Shown here: one piece after another, positions 18,878 through 28,459 of the stretch
How positions within the stretch are numbered: position 1 is the stretch's first letter
Layout of the letters: each line of letters opens with the position of its first letter
DNA from: Planctomycetota bacterium
GTDB lineage: Bacteria > Planctomycetota > GCA-002687715 > DRQF01
Assembly: GCA_036479435.1 (NCBI GenBank)
Contig: JAZGFI010000103.1
Coordinates: 33,955 to 97,954 of the forward strand
Length of the DNA: 64,000 bases
Direction of reading: 5' to 3'
The notes under the pieces: model-generated
The model's database searches: none
Seen by the model: the letters and a program-made list of their open reading frames with translations, nothing else
What the model was told of the DNA's origin: nothing
Program-made: the position numbers and the translations under genes

Positions 18878-21715
18878 ATGGACAAGATTGCAATTCCTTT
18901 CCTATTGCTACTGGCTCTGATCGGCGCTGGTGCCGCGGTCTGGTTTTATGTTGCAGAGGACTCGATTGAGCCCGATGACACCAAGCAACCCGAAGTCGTT
19001 GACGTCGATGAAGAAATGGCAACAGTCGACAAGAAGCCGGACCCCAGCGCGGTCGTTGGTGAACGCATCGAGATTGCGAAGGGCTCTGGCGAAAAAGCGG
19101 TGGCGGAGATCGGCCCCGAGGGAATCCTCCAGGGCACGGTTTACGATCTCAACGGAAAACCTCTCGCGGGAACGAAGATCAAGCTCTTCAAGTTCAAGCA
19201 GGTTCCGATGCCCAAGACCGGACGCACCCGCATCGACTTCGCTCAAAAAGAGGTGAAGATGGCGACGACGGACGCTACGGGTCACTACGAATTCAAAGAG
19301 TGCCTCGCCAAATATCCCGGCAAACAGCTCTCGATGAAAAGTCTCAACCGCGAGTACGTTGCGGTGCTGAAGGACCATGTCGGAGCCGGCATGGTCGTTG
19401 ACTTCAAATTGCAACGTGGCGCTCGCGTTATGGGCGTCATTACGGATCGCGATACCGGTAAACCCATCGAAGGCGTTCGCGTCAAAGGTGACGTCAAGAA
19501 CGTTACCTCTTCGATGCACAGCTATGAGCGCTTCACGGAAGTCACCAAGACCGACTCTCAAGGACGCTACGAACTCAATGGAGCGCCAGCGGGTCGGCTG
19601 CAAATGCTCTTAGAGCACGAAGACTATGAGATGTCCTACATTGCGCCTTCGCAGGGCCTCGACACCACCTTAGGTAATGATCTCAAGTTTAGCTTCAAAA
19701 TGAAGCGTGGCATCGTCTTGAATGGTTTGGTTATTGACGCGACGACGCGGAAGCCGATTGCCGGTGCGGTCTTCACTTACAAAGAAATGCCCTTCATCTC
19801 GCATGCAAAAGAGAAGACGGGAATCCTCGGAAAATTCAGGGTCAAGGGAATCTCACGTGGGTTCCGCTCGATCGAGATCATGGCCAAGGACTACACACAC
19901 CTGAGACAAAACGTCGACTTTAATGACGACGATATGGCGAAGGAAATCATTTTCGAGTTGAAACCCGCGGGTCGCGCCCGTGGGCTCGTGCTCGACGACA
20001 ACGGCGATCCGGTTGAGAACGCCGACATCTACGTCGCGATCCAAATCGGTGTCTTCTTCAAGATTCGGGATTATCCCGAAACAAGAACCGATGCACAGGG
20101 CCAATTCGAGGTGAGAAATCTCGGCGATGGCGTCGAGTACAAGATCTGTGCCGCTCGGGAAGGATGGACCGTAGGGGTCGGCGAAGTTCTGCGCGGGGCC
20201 ACCGGCGAGGTCGTCGAAGACGTCATCGTCACCGTTGATCGAGGCTCGGTGGTTCAGGGCCAGATTTTGGATCAATCCGGCGTGGCTATCGCCGGCGCCG
20301 AAGTTGCCCTCTACAAGCCGCCCGTGCAGGGCGTCTGGTTCCCGCCGGGATTCAAGGTGGGGCAGAAATCCGACGAGAGCGTCGTCGCCGACGAGACCGG
20401 TACTTACAAGTTCAAAGGGCTCCATGCCGGTCGCTATCGGCTCTCGGTCGACCACGTCGAGTACATCGCCGTGGCCTCCAAACAGGTCGATATCAGCGCT
20501 GGGAATGAGAGCCTCAACTACGACTTCAATCTCGAACGCGGCCGCACAATTTCGGGTCGCGTTGTTGACGATGTCGGCAACGTGGTCGCCGGTGCTCGCG
20601 TCGACGCCACTCAGGGGCGGAACATCCGGCAAAGAGTCTCGGCTACGACCGACGAGAGTGGCGAGTACGTCATTCGACGCCTTCACGATCGTCCCTACCG
20701 AATCTTCGCCAGCAGCCGCAGCAAGGTTGGCACCGCGCTGGACGATGTGCCGGCCGATAGCTCGAACATCGACTTTGTGCTGCAAAACTACGGGTCGTTG
20801 AGAGCCCACTTGGCGTCCCGGTCTGGCGAAACTCCGGAGAAAATGAAGATCACCCTCTTCCCCTTGGCAGATGTCGAGCGCAAGGGTGCAAAGTATGCAA
20901 AGGACCGAATGGCACAAAAGATGATGCGAACGAGTGAGGCGTTCATCGAGAAGGATATCTACCCTGAGAACGGTTACATCGATGTGCAGAAGATCGTGCC
21001 TGGCGACTACCGTATCGAACTCAGTTCAGATGAATTCCGAGAGTACAAACTCGAGCTCATTACGATCGCTTCCGGTTCCCTTACTAACGGCCCCGAGATT
21101 GTGCTCCTCAGCGGCGGGCGGCTTGAAGGCTACATCTTAGACTCAGAAGGAAATCCAGTTGGCGGCAAGGAAATTCAGATCTTCCTTCGTGCCGGTCGCG
21201 GTACGCTGAAAAAGACCTCCATTGGCAAGGGCGGCAAGAGAGTGACGACTTCTAGCCGAGCCGATTGGCCAGGCAAACAAGTCGTACCGGATAGCGAGGG
21301 CTTCTACAGCATTGGCGGGTTGCCCCCGGGCAAGATTGAGATGGTCATTCGATCGCGCTTGTACTGCGTTCCGCAGATTGAGGAACTTCAAGTTCCGGGC
21401 GAGAGCATCCTAAAGAAGAACGTGACGATGGTCCGCGGTGGAACGGTGCTGTTCCACGTCAAGGACGAAAACGCGGCTCCGGTGCCTCACGCGCAAGTTT
21501 CAGTGGTCACGATGGACGGAAACCCGGCGAAAGTCGATGGTCGGCGGGTCGCCGCCCGAGGTTCCGTGCGGGGTGAATTGAGAGTTCCGAAATTGATGCC
21601 TGGCAAATACAAGTTCTATATTCGACGTCGTGGACACGACACCGTCGAACTTGAGATTGAAGTCGGTCCCGGCGAACAAGCCATTCGGGATGTGACTTTG
21701 CCGGTCATCCGTTAA
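18878..21715 (+). CDS. large membrane-anchored protein of tandem carboxypeptidase-regulatory-like (prealbumin-fold) domains
   Basis: N-terminal TM anchor (IPFLLLLALIGAGAAVWFYV). At least eight repeats of G(x)V/I xD xxG xP (I/V)xGA x(V/I), e.g. GTVYDLNGKPLAGTKIKLF, GVITDRDTGKPIEGVRVKG, GQILDQSGVAIAGAEVALY, typical of the CarbopepD_reg fold. Confidence 0.6.
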   Translation: MDKIAIPFLLLLALIGAGAAVWFYVAEDSIEPDDTKQPEVVDVDEEMATVDKKPDPSAVVGERIEIAKGSGEKAVAEIGPEGILQGTVYDLNGKPLAGTKIKLFKFKQVPMPKTGRTRIDFAQKEVKMATTDATGHYEFKECLAKYPGKQLSMKSLNREYVAVLKDHVGAGMVVDFKLQRGARVMGVITDRDTGKPIEGVRVKGDVKNVTSSMHSYERFTEVTKTDSQGRYELNGAPAGRLQMLLEHEDYEMSYIAPSQGLDTTLGNDLKFSFKMKRGIVLNGLVIDATTRKPIAGAVFTYKEMPFISHAKEKTGILGKFRVKGISRGFRSIEIMAKDYTHLRQNVDFNDDDMAKEIIFELKPAGRARGLVLDDNGDPVENADIYVAIQIGVFFKIRDYPETRTDAQGQFEVRNLGDGVEYKICAAREGWTVGVGEVLRGATGEVVEDVIVTVDRGSVVQGQILDQSGVAIAGAEVALYKPPVQGVWFPPGFKVGQKSDESVVADETGTYKFKGLHAGRYRLSVDHVEYIAVASKQVDISAGNESLNYDFNLERGRTISGRVVDDVGNVVAGARVDATQGRNIRQRVSATTDESGEYVIRRLHDRPYRIFASSRSKVGTALDDVPADSSNIDFVLQNYGSLRAHLASRSGETPEKMKITLFPLADVERKGAKYAKDRMAQKMMRTSEAFIEKDIYPENGYIDVQKIVPGDYRIELSSDEFREYKLELITIASGSLTNGPEIVLLSGGRLEGYILDSEGNPVGGKEIQIFLRAGRGTLKKTSIGKGGKRVTTSSRADWPGKQVVPDSEGFYSIGGLPPGKIEMVIRSRLYCVPQIEELQVPGESILKKNVTMVRGGTVLFHVKDENAAPVPHAQVSVVTMDGNPAKVDGRRVAARGSVRGELRVPKLMPGKYKFYIRRRGHDTVELEIEVGPGEQAIRDVTLPVIR

Positions 21716-21751
21716 TTCAACCAAGGCCGAGGCCAACTCAGCGAGCCAAAT

Positions 21752-21795
21752 CAGAGCCTGAAGTCACTTGTTGGCTTCAGGCTCTCTTCGTGTCG
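21752..21795 (+). terminator. hairpin, candidate intrinsic terminator after the repeat-protein gene
   Basis: cagagcctgaag/cttcaggctct 11-bp stem with an 11-nt loop, followed by a weak U-tract (cttcgtgtcg). Confidence 0.35.
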
Positions 21796-22176
21796 AAACC
21801 GGGTTGAACCATCCCGCTGGCGTTGAAAAAGTTAAACATGAGCCCTCAAGGCTCCAAAAAACAGAACATGACACTTAAGTTCAAGGGCTTAAGTAATTTA
21901 GCGCATAATGAATGCGCGATGGCGGGTTCGGCCGTGGTAAATGGTGAACATAGCGCTTCACCAGCTTGCGGCATTCCGCCGCCGCACCGTAATGGAAGTC
22001 CTAAATGCCAAAGGACTTGCGAAAGTTCTGAGATTTTCTATTGCCGGGCACGCCGTTTGTTTGGGTTTTCAGCCACACGAGGACAGTGTTCTCGCGGTAA
22101 AGCGCTGAAAAAAAGAGCTTTGGGTCTCAGAGAACTTTCCCTCCCCAACCGCCCTCTCTAGCTCAAAGTTCTTTTT

Positions 22177-22623
22177 TCAGCGCTTTTCTTTTTCCAGGGC
22201 CGTCATCTTGTCAACCCGCCTTCGGTGCCTTCCTCCCGCGAACTCGGTCGCCAAAAACGTCTCCATTGCGGACTCTAGTTGGGCTGATCCCAAGACGCGA
22301 GCTCCGAGGCAAAGCACGTTCGCATCGTTGTGTTCTCTCGCGAGGCGAGCGCTTAAGTCGGAGTGGCAAAGAGCGGCGCGGACGCCGTTGATCTTGTTGG
22401 CTGCGATCGAAATCCCGATGCCGCTGCCGCAGAGCAGGACCCCGAAATCGGCCTCTTTGTTGGCCACCAATCGGCCGACCTTCGCGGCCACATCTGGGTA
22501 GTCCACCGAGTTGCTGTCATCAGTTCCGACATTGGCCACTTCATGTCCCATGGATTGTAATTTCTCCATCAAGCTGGCCTTCTCCGCGAAAGCGGCGTGG
22601 TCGTTTCCGATGGCGATCTTCAT
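22177..22623 (-). CDS. rpiB: ribose-5-phosphate isomerase B (RpiB/LacA family)
   Basis: MKIAIGNDHAAF start, CGSGIGISIAANK active-site region, 148 aa. Confidence 0.85.
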   Translation of the reverse strand: MKIAIGNDHAAFAEKASLMEKLQSMGHEVANVGTDDSNSVDYPDVAAKVGRLVANKEADFGVLLCGSGIGISIAANKINGVRAALCHSDLSARLAREHNDANVLCLGARVLGSAQLESAMETFLATEFAGGRHRRRVDKMTALEKEKR

Positions 22624-23693
22624 GGTGCCTCCCTCAGTTTCTTCAAGGCCAAGCTGATCTGCTCGGCGGTGCTTCGGTAAAGATCAACGTCGCCGCCAAA
22701 GGGATCGATGATGTCGGCCCTAGGGTCAAGGGGGCGGATGCGGTCGGCGAAATCCGGGAATTCATGCGCGAGGATTTCTGCGTGGTGTGCGGTCATCGTC
22801 AAGATGCGATCCATGCGCCGGAGAAGGTCACCGCTGATCGGTCGCGAGCGGTGTCCCCTCAAAGACAGACCGCGCTCTTCCGCCACGATCTGTGCGGCCT
22901 CAGACGCGGGTGTTCCCGCCCAAGCTGAAATGCCCGCCGAAAAGATTCGAATGGCGGGCGCTTCGTCGCCCTCAGTGCCGCCTTCCTGCTCGATCTGCTG
23001 CCTCAAAATGGCCTCAGCCATCGGGCTGCGGCAGGTGTTTCCGGTACAAACCAAGAGGATGCGCTCGGCCAGTTCTTCGGCGACCGTTGTGGCCTCGATG
23101 GCACCTTCTCGCAACACCTCGAAACTGCCATTTTCGAACACGCGGACTACGGTGGAGGGAACGCCTCCGAGCGGTCGGTCGTACTCGACAATAAGATTGA
23201 CGCGGTCGCCGAAAGCCTCGTTGATTGCCTGTGCCGTCGTGAAGTCGGGGCGACCGCTCACGTTGGCACTGGTACCGACGATGGAAAAAGGGGCGCGGCG
23301 AGCGAGCGCCGGCGTGAAAGCGTCAGAGGGGCAACGGAGACCAACGGTCCCTCCGCCGCGGTTGTCGACGACGAGCGTTATGGCACCCGGCCATAGGGCT
23401 CGCGCAAGCCGTTCGGCCGCAGGGGCTAACTCGCCACCAGCGGCGGCGCGGGCCTGGACCAGGTTGCACACGTAGCGGGCCAAGGGCTTGCGCTCGCTGC
23501 GTTGCTTCAGGGCGTAGAGAGCTTTTGTCGCTTCGGGATCGTCGCCGCGGATTCCCAATCCATAGACCGTTTCGGTGGGGAAGGCCAAAATCCCGCCGTC
23601 TTGAAGGCACTCGATGGCCCGTGCCAGAATCGGCTCCAAATTGGCCGCATCAAATTTCAGAATCTCGGTCATGATTTTTGAGGTTATCAGCAT
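22620..23693 (-). CDS. tsaC: fusion protein: YrdC/TsaC-type threonylcarbamoyl-AMP synthase domain plus low-molecular-weight protein (Tyr/Arg) phosphatase domain
   Basis: N-terminal half carries PTETVYGLG and TSANVSGRP (YrdC/Sua5 fold). C-terminal half carries ILLVCTGNTCRSPMAEAI (CX5R P-loop) and a DP loop (IIDPFGG), as in LMW-PTP/YwlE. The stop overlaps the rpiB start (ATGA). Confidence 0.75.
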   Translation of the reverse strand: MLITSKIMTEILKFDAANLEPILARAIECLQDGGILAFPTETVYGLGIRGDDPEATKALYALKQRSERKPLARYVCNLVQARAAAGGELAPAAERLARALWPGAITLVVDNRGGGTVGLRCPSDAFTPALARRAPFSIVGTSANVSGRPDFTTAQAINEAFGDRVNLIVEYDRPLGGVPSTVVRVFENGSFEVLREGAIEATTVAEELAERILLVCTGNTCRSPMAEAILRQQIEQEGGTEGDEAPAIRIFSAGISAWAGTPASEAAQIVAEERGLSLRGHRSRPISGDLLRRMDRILTMTAHHAEILAHEFPDFADRIRPLDPRADIIDPFGGDVDLYRSTAEQISLALKKLREAP

Positions 23694-23794
23694 CCGAGGA
23701 CCGGTGCGGACTTTTGACCAAATCCACGGAGCGTGTTAACAGGCGGGTAGGATCATGGCCCCGCAAGGGCCACCGCCTCTTGAGAGCGCAGGGA

Positions 23795-24541
23795 ATGTCC
23801 GAGCACCAATCCAAAGAACGATTGCAACAACTTAGCGCACTTGTGGGCGGGCTCGCCCACGAGATCAAAAACCCCTTGTCGACGATTAACATCAACCTTG
23901 AGCTGTTGCGCGAGGACTGGCATCACGACGGCGGGCCGCTGGCTAGTCGTTCGATTCGTAAAATCGACGTCTTACTGCAAGAATCGAGGCGCTTGGAGGG
24001 GATGCTGACAGAATTCATCAGACTAACTTCGACCGCCGAGCTCGACCCGAGCATCGTGGATATCAATGTCCTCTTGGAGGACGTCCTCGATTTTACGGCG
24101 GCCGAATGTCGGAATCGCAATATCCAGATCACCAGCCAGCTGGACCGCTCGCTCCCGCGCGTTGAGTTGGACCCCAACTTGATCCGCCAGGTGGTCTTGA
24201 ATCTCCTCAAAAACTCCTTCGAGGCCATGGAAGAGCGTGGCGGCACGATCACCGTCAACACCAGGCGCAAGGCGGCGGGGAGTGACTCGGAACTTAGGGT
24301 TGTGATCGAGGTTATTGACAACGGCTCCGGCATCACCCCGGAATCCCAAAAGCGGGTCTTTCAGGCTTACTTTTCTACCAAAGCCGAGGGAACTGGATTG
24401 GGTCTTCCCTCGGTACAAAAGATCGTCGAACGGCACGGCGGTCGCATTAGCTGTGAGAGCGCTCCCGGTTTGGGAACTCGCTTCGTGGTCGAGCTCCCAG
24501 CCAGGCAACCGTCAGCACCAGCACCTGACGAGGGACCCTGA
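23795..24541 (+). CDS. soluble sensor histidine kinase (HisKA + HATPase_c)
   Basis: H-box LVGGLAHEIKNPLSTI. N, G1 (DNGSGI) and G2 (GTGLGL) boxes. No TM segment. Start at ATG 23795; the longer frame would run into the divergent gene. Confidence 0.8.
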   Translation: MSEHQSKERLQQLSALVGGLAHEIKNPLSTININLELLREDWHHDGGPLASRSIRKIDVLLQESRRLEGMLTEFIRLTSTAELDPSIVDINVLLEDVLDFTAAECRNRNIQITSQLDRSLPRVELDPNLIRQVVLNLLKNSFEAMEERGGTITVNTRRKAAGSDSELRVVIEVIDNGSGITPESQKRVFQAYFSTKAEGTGLGLPSVQKIVERHGGRISCESAPGLGTRFVVELPARQPSAPAPDEGP

Positions 24542-24546
24542 ACGTC

Positions 24547-25932
24547 ATGGAACGTGATATCAAGGTTCTGGTCATCGATGACGAGGCTAACCACGCCCAA
24601 GCCACCGCCGAGATTCTTGAACGCATGGGCTACGACGTCGCGGTGGCGACCTCGGGCAAAAACGGTCTCAAAACGATCGCGGCGGATGTCTTTGATCTCA
24701 TCGTCACTGATGTCGTCATGGGCGAAATTGGCGGCTTGGACATCCTCCAGGCGGCTAAGGCCAAGAACGCTGCAACCGAGGTCATCTTGGTGTCGGGTCA
24801 AGGTAGCGTTGGCATGGCGCTAGAGTCCATTCAGCTCGGTGCGGCGAACTACCTCACAAAGCCGCTGAAAGTCGACGAGGTCCGCACTGAAGTTAGAGAA
24901 GTCGTTCGCCGGATTAGGGACCGGCGGCGAGGGAATGTGCCGAAGGCCATTCCCGTCGCGGTCGAACGTATTCCGTCCGAAGAGTACGGCGATTTTCACG
25001 AGTTCATCGGCCGTTCCGCCGCTCAGCTGCAAGTCTTCGAGATGATCCGCAAGGTCGCTCCCACGTCGGCGACGGTCTTGGTTACAGGACCGAACGGGTC
25101 CGGCAAGGAGCTCGTCGCCCGGGCGATTCACCGCCTGAGTCCACGCCACGCCAATCCCTTCGTCGCCTTGAATTGCGGCGCCATGGCCGAAAACATTCTC
25201 GAGAGCGAACTGTTCGGTCACGTTCGGGGCGCTTTCACCGGGGCCACCGCGAACCGTGAAGGTCGTTTTCAGTACGCCGACAAGGGCACCCTGTTTCTCG
25301 ATGAGATTGGCGACACCTCGCTTTCGTTCCAAGTCAAACTATTACGGGTCATCCAAGAGCGAGAAGTGACGCCGGTTGGTTCCAATGCCACGCGTCAGGT
25401 CGATGTCCGAATTATCACGGCAACTAACCGTGACTTGGCGGAAGAAGTCCGCCGGGGCAACTTTCGCGAGGATCTCTACTACCGCTTGAAAGTCGTGCAT
25501 ATCCAAACCCCTCCGCTCAAACATCGCCGAGAAGATATCCCCGCCTTAGTTCAGCATTTCATCACAGAAGCCAACGCGAGCTTCGGCAAGCAGGTAAGCG
25601 GAATCCAAAAAGTCGCGCTCCAACAACTCATCAACTACGACTGGCCCGGCAACGTCAGACAACTGAAAAACACCGTCGAAACAATGGTGGTATTGGGCTC
25701 AACGACGGAGCTAGGAACGGAAGACATCCCCTCGGACGTCGTGGGGACCGCGACCCCCGGTCAGGCGCTCGCACCGCTGGAGATCTTTGAGCAGTTGACG
25801 CTTTCGGGCATCGAAGAGTTCATGATCCGTCACCACCTAAAAAAGTTCGACGGGAGCCGCGCCAAGGTCGCCGAAGCCCTGGGGATCTCAGAGCGGACCC
25901 TCTACCGCAAGCTCAAAGAGTACGGCGTCTAG
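24547..25932 (+). CDS. sigma-54-dependent response regulator (NtrC family: REC + AAA+ + Fis-type HTH)
   Basis: REC domain with the phospho-acceptor Asp in LIVTDVVM. Walker [15 protein letters not shown] motif, Walker B LFLDEIGD, Arg-finger region. C-terminal HTH ([25 protein letters not shown]). Confidence 0.9.
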   Translation: MERDIKVLVIDDEANHAQATAEILERMGYDVAVATSGKNGLKTIAADVFDLIVTDVVMGEIGGLDILQAAKAKNAATEVILVSGQGSVGMALESIQLGAANYLTKPLKVDEVRTEVREVVRRIRDRRRGNVPKAIPVAVERIPSEEYGDFHEFIGRSAAQLQVFEMIRKVAPTSATVLVTGPNGSGKELVARAIHRLSPRHANPFVALNCGAMAENILESELFGHVRGAFTGATANREGRFQYADKGTLFLDEIGDTSLSFQVKLLRVIQEREVTPVGSNATRQVDVRIITATNRDLAEEVRRGNFREDLYYRLKVVHIQTPPLKHRREDIPALVQHFITEANASFGKQVSGIQKVALQQLINYDWPGNVRQLKNTVETMVVLGSTTELGTEDIPSDVVGTATPGQALAPLEIFEQLTLSGIEEFMIRHHLKKFDGSRAKVAEALGISERTLYRKLKEYGV

Positions 25933-26162
25933 GCAGGCGCCGCAGGGCGTCAAGGTCAAACTCAACCTGTCAGATTGGCACTGCACACCTAAAGCCTTTC
26001 CCTCCGCTGTCAAAAAGACAGGGTGCCCGCAGCCCCCTCGATTCACCTAAAACACGCCTATCAAGGGAGTTGGGCGCATGCCTTGCGGCGCCACGTTCGG
26101 CCTCATATTTGCGCCCTGGAGCCCGTAAACACTCAACCGGAATAACCAAAAAGGAGTCCGGC

Positions 26163-28088
26163 ATGTCCAAGATCATCGGAATCGATCTCGGTACCACCAA
26201 CTCAGTCGTCGCCGTCGTAGAGGCGGGCAAACCCACGGTCATCACCAATGCCGTCGGCAATCGGACGACACCCTCAGTGGTCGCTATCACCGAGTCAGGC
26301 GAAGAACTCGTCGGCATGAGCGCCAAACGGCAAGCCGTCACGAATCCTCTCAACACCATTTTCTCGATTAAGCGTTTCATGGGACGCCGCCACTCGGAAG
26401 TCCTCGACGAAGAAAAGCGCTTACCCTACAAGCTGGTGGGTGCCAGCGATGAAATCGTCAAGGTGGAAGTGCAAGGCCGCACCTACGCCGCACCCGAGAT
26501 CAGCGCCAAGATTCTCAAGTCGCTGAAAGAAACCGCGGAAAACTACCTCGGCGAGCCGGTCGAGAAGGCCGTGATTACCGTGCCCGCTTACTTCAACGAC
26601 AGCCAACGCCAGGCAACGAAAGACGCGGGTCGGATTGCTGGCCTCGAAGTGGTGCGCATCATCAACGAGCCCACCGCGGCGGCGCTCGCCTACGGCATCG
26701 AGAAAGACTTCACCGGCAAGATCGCCGTGTACGACCTCGGTGGCGGCACATTCGACATCTCAATCTTGGACGTTGACGCCGGTGACGGCGACGAATTGGG
26801 CAAGACCTTCGAAGTGCTCAGCACCAACGGCGACACTCAGTTGGGCGGCGATGACTTCGATGAAGCGGTTCTCGATTGGATCGCCCAAGAATTCTTGCGC
26901 TCGAATGCCGTCGACCTTCGCGACGACAAAATGGCGCTCCAACGCTTGAAGGAAGCGGCAGAGAAAGCCAAGTGCGAGTTGTCGACAACGGTTCAAACCG
27001 AAATCAACCTTCCCTTCATTACGGCGAACGCAAGCGGCCCGCTTCACTTGCAGATGACCTTGACGCGTTCGCGCTTCGAACAGATCGTGGCACCGCTCAT
27101 CGAACGCACCAAGCTGCCCTGCCTGAACGCTTTGAAGGACGCAGGTCTCCAGCCCTCGGATGTTCACAACATCATCTTGGTTGGTGGTTCGACCCGAATT
27201 CCCGCCGTGGAGGCGATGGTCAAAGAACTCTTCGGCAAGGACGTCGATGGCGGGGTGAACCCCGACGAAGTCGTTGCGCTTGGAGCCGCCCTACAAGGTG
27301 GGATCTTGGCTGGCGAGCGCGACGATGTTGTGCTCATGGATGTGACGCCCTTGTCCTTGGGCATCGAGACCCTCGGGGGCGTGATGACCAAAGTCATTGA
27401 GCGTAACACGACCATTCCCTCGCAGAAGACGATGCCGTTCTCGACCGCAGACGACAACCAAACCACGGTCAGTATTCACGTCTTGCAGGGCGAACGCGAG
27501 ATGGCTGGCGACAACCGCACCTTGGGTCGCTTTGATCTGACCGGAATCCCATCGGCGCCACGCGGCCGACCGAAAATTGAAGTCAGTTTCGATATCGATG
27601 CGAACGGCATCTTGAAGGTCGCGGCGAAAGATTCCGAGACCGGCAAGCAGCAGGACATCAAGATCACTTCGTCCTCGGGTATCTCCGAAGAGGAAATCGA
27701 GCGCATGAAGCGCGACGCCGAAGAGCACGCCGCCGAAGACAAAACCAAGCGCGAACTCATCGAGTTGCGCAACCGTGCCGACATGGTGGTTCACGACACC
27801 GAAAAGAACCTCAAAGAGCACGGTGACAAGATTTCGGAAGAGGACCGCGCCAAAGTCGAAGCGGCGCGCGAAAAACTCAAAACCGACCTCGAAGGCGGCG
27901 ACAAGGAGAGCATCGAGAAATCTGTCGAAGCTCTTATGGAAGCGTCGCAGTCTTTAGCCAAGGCGCTTTACGAAGCCGAAAACCCCCAAGCGGGCGGTCC
28001 CGAGGCGAGCGGCCCGGGTCAACCCGAAAGTGAGCAAAAAGACGACGACGACAACGTGATCGACGCCGATTTCACCGTCAAGAACTGA
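26163..28088 (+). CDS. dnaK: molecular chaperone DnaK (Hsp70)
   Basis: [26 protein letters not shown] and [11 protein letters not shown] Hsp70 signatures. 641 aa with a charged C-terminal tail. ATG at 26163. Confidence 0.95.
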   Translation: MSKIIGIDLGTTNSVVAVVEAGKPTVITNAVGNRTTPSVVAITESGEELVGMSAKRQAVTNPLNTIFSIKRFMGRRHSEVLDEEKRLPYKLVGASDEIVKVEVQGRTYAAPEISAKILKSLKETAENYLGEPVEKAVITVPAYFNDSQRQATKDAGRIAGLEVVRIINEPTAAALAYGIEKDFTGKIAVYDLGGGTFDISILDVDAGDGDELGKTFEVLSTNGDTQLGGDDFDEAVLDWIAQEFLRSNAVDLRDDKMALQRLKEAAEKAKCELSTTVQTEINLPFITANASGPLHLQMTLTRSRFEQIVAPLIERTKLPCLNALKDAGLQPSDVHNIILVGGSTRIPAVEAMVKELFGKDVDGGVNPDEVVALGAALQGGILAGERDDVVLMDVTPLSLGIETLGGVMTKVIERNTTIPSQKTMPFSTADDNQTTVSIHVLQGEREMAGDNRTLGRFDLTGIPSAPRGRPKIEVSFDIDANGILKVAAKDSETGKQQDIKITSSSGISEEEIERMKRDAEEHAAEDKTKRELIELRNRADMVVHDTEKNLKEHGDKISEEDRAKVEAAREKLKTDLEGGDKESIEKSVEALMEASQSLAKALYEAENPQAGGPEASGPGQPESEQKDDDDNVIDADFTVKN

Positions 28089-28113
28089 GCTTTCGCATCT
28101 CATTCACTTGAGA

Positions 28114-28152
28114 GGCCCCAGTCGTCAGACGCGATTGGGGCCTTTTCTTTTG
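28114..28152 (+). terminator. candidate intrinsic terminator downstream of dnaK
   Basis: ggcccca (28114-28120) / tggggcc (28136-28142) stem with a 15-nt loop, followed by ttttctttt. Confidence 0.45.
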
Positions 28153-28268
28153 GCGCCGACCCCGCGAGAATCTGATCGCTTTCGCACAACAGGGCCATCG
28201 CATTTTCTATGCTGCGTCTGCAAATGCTCTCTGGACGCTCGGATTGGCAATCGGCCGGCGCGCTGGCA

Positions 28269-28284
28269 TTGGCTCGACGCTTGC
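28269..28284 (+). promoter_or_regulatory. candidate sigma-54 (-24/-12) promoter upstream of the Gld-like ABC operon
   Basis: TGGCTC-gacgc-TTGCT matches TGGCAC-N5-TTGCW, with GG (28270-28271) and GC (28282-28283) at the canonical spacing. Lies ~175 nt upstream of the ATPase start. Two sigma-54 activators are encoded in the window. Confidence 0.3.
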
Positions 28285-28459
28285 TTGTCTTCCTTGCCTT
28301 CACTGGTCTGGCGCGGCAATCGTGTCAAAGCGCTCACTGTGTCGACTCGGCTCGGGGACCTTGTTATGTCTGGTCTGCTGGGGCAGAACTGAGGGGCGCC
28401 GACGCCACCACTATCGCCTTTGACAATTACGGAGATGGCAGTTTGGATTCTCTTCTTCG

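Noticed and set aside
18156-18920. 254-aa plus-strand ORF overlapping the NhaC-like gene 3' end and the downstream intergenic region
   Set aside because: Out of frame with the transporter and Arg/Gly-rich with no motifs. It spans a gene end and an intergenic region, so it is an artefact of GC-rich sequence.
21823-22161. 112-aa ORF in the lower-GC intergenic region, and the tmRNA/tRNA possibility
   Set aside because: The ORF product is low complexity with no RBS. No T-arm GGTTCGAATCC-type motif, tag-peptide frame, or RNase P P4 signature was found, so no specific RNA family could be assigned. The region is reported only as a candidate structured RNA.
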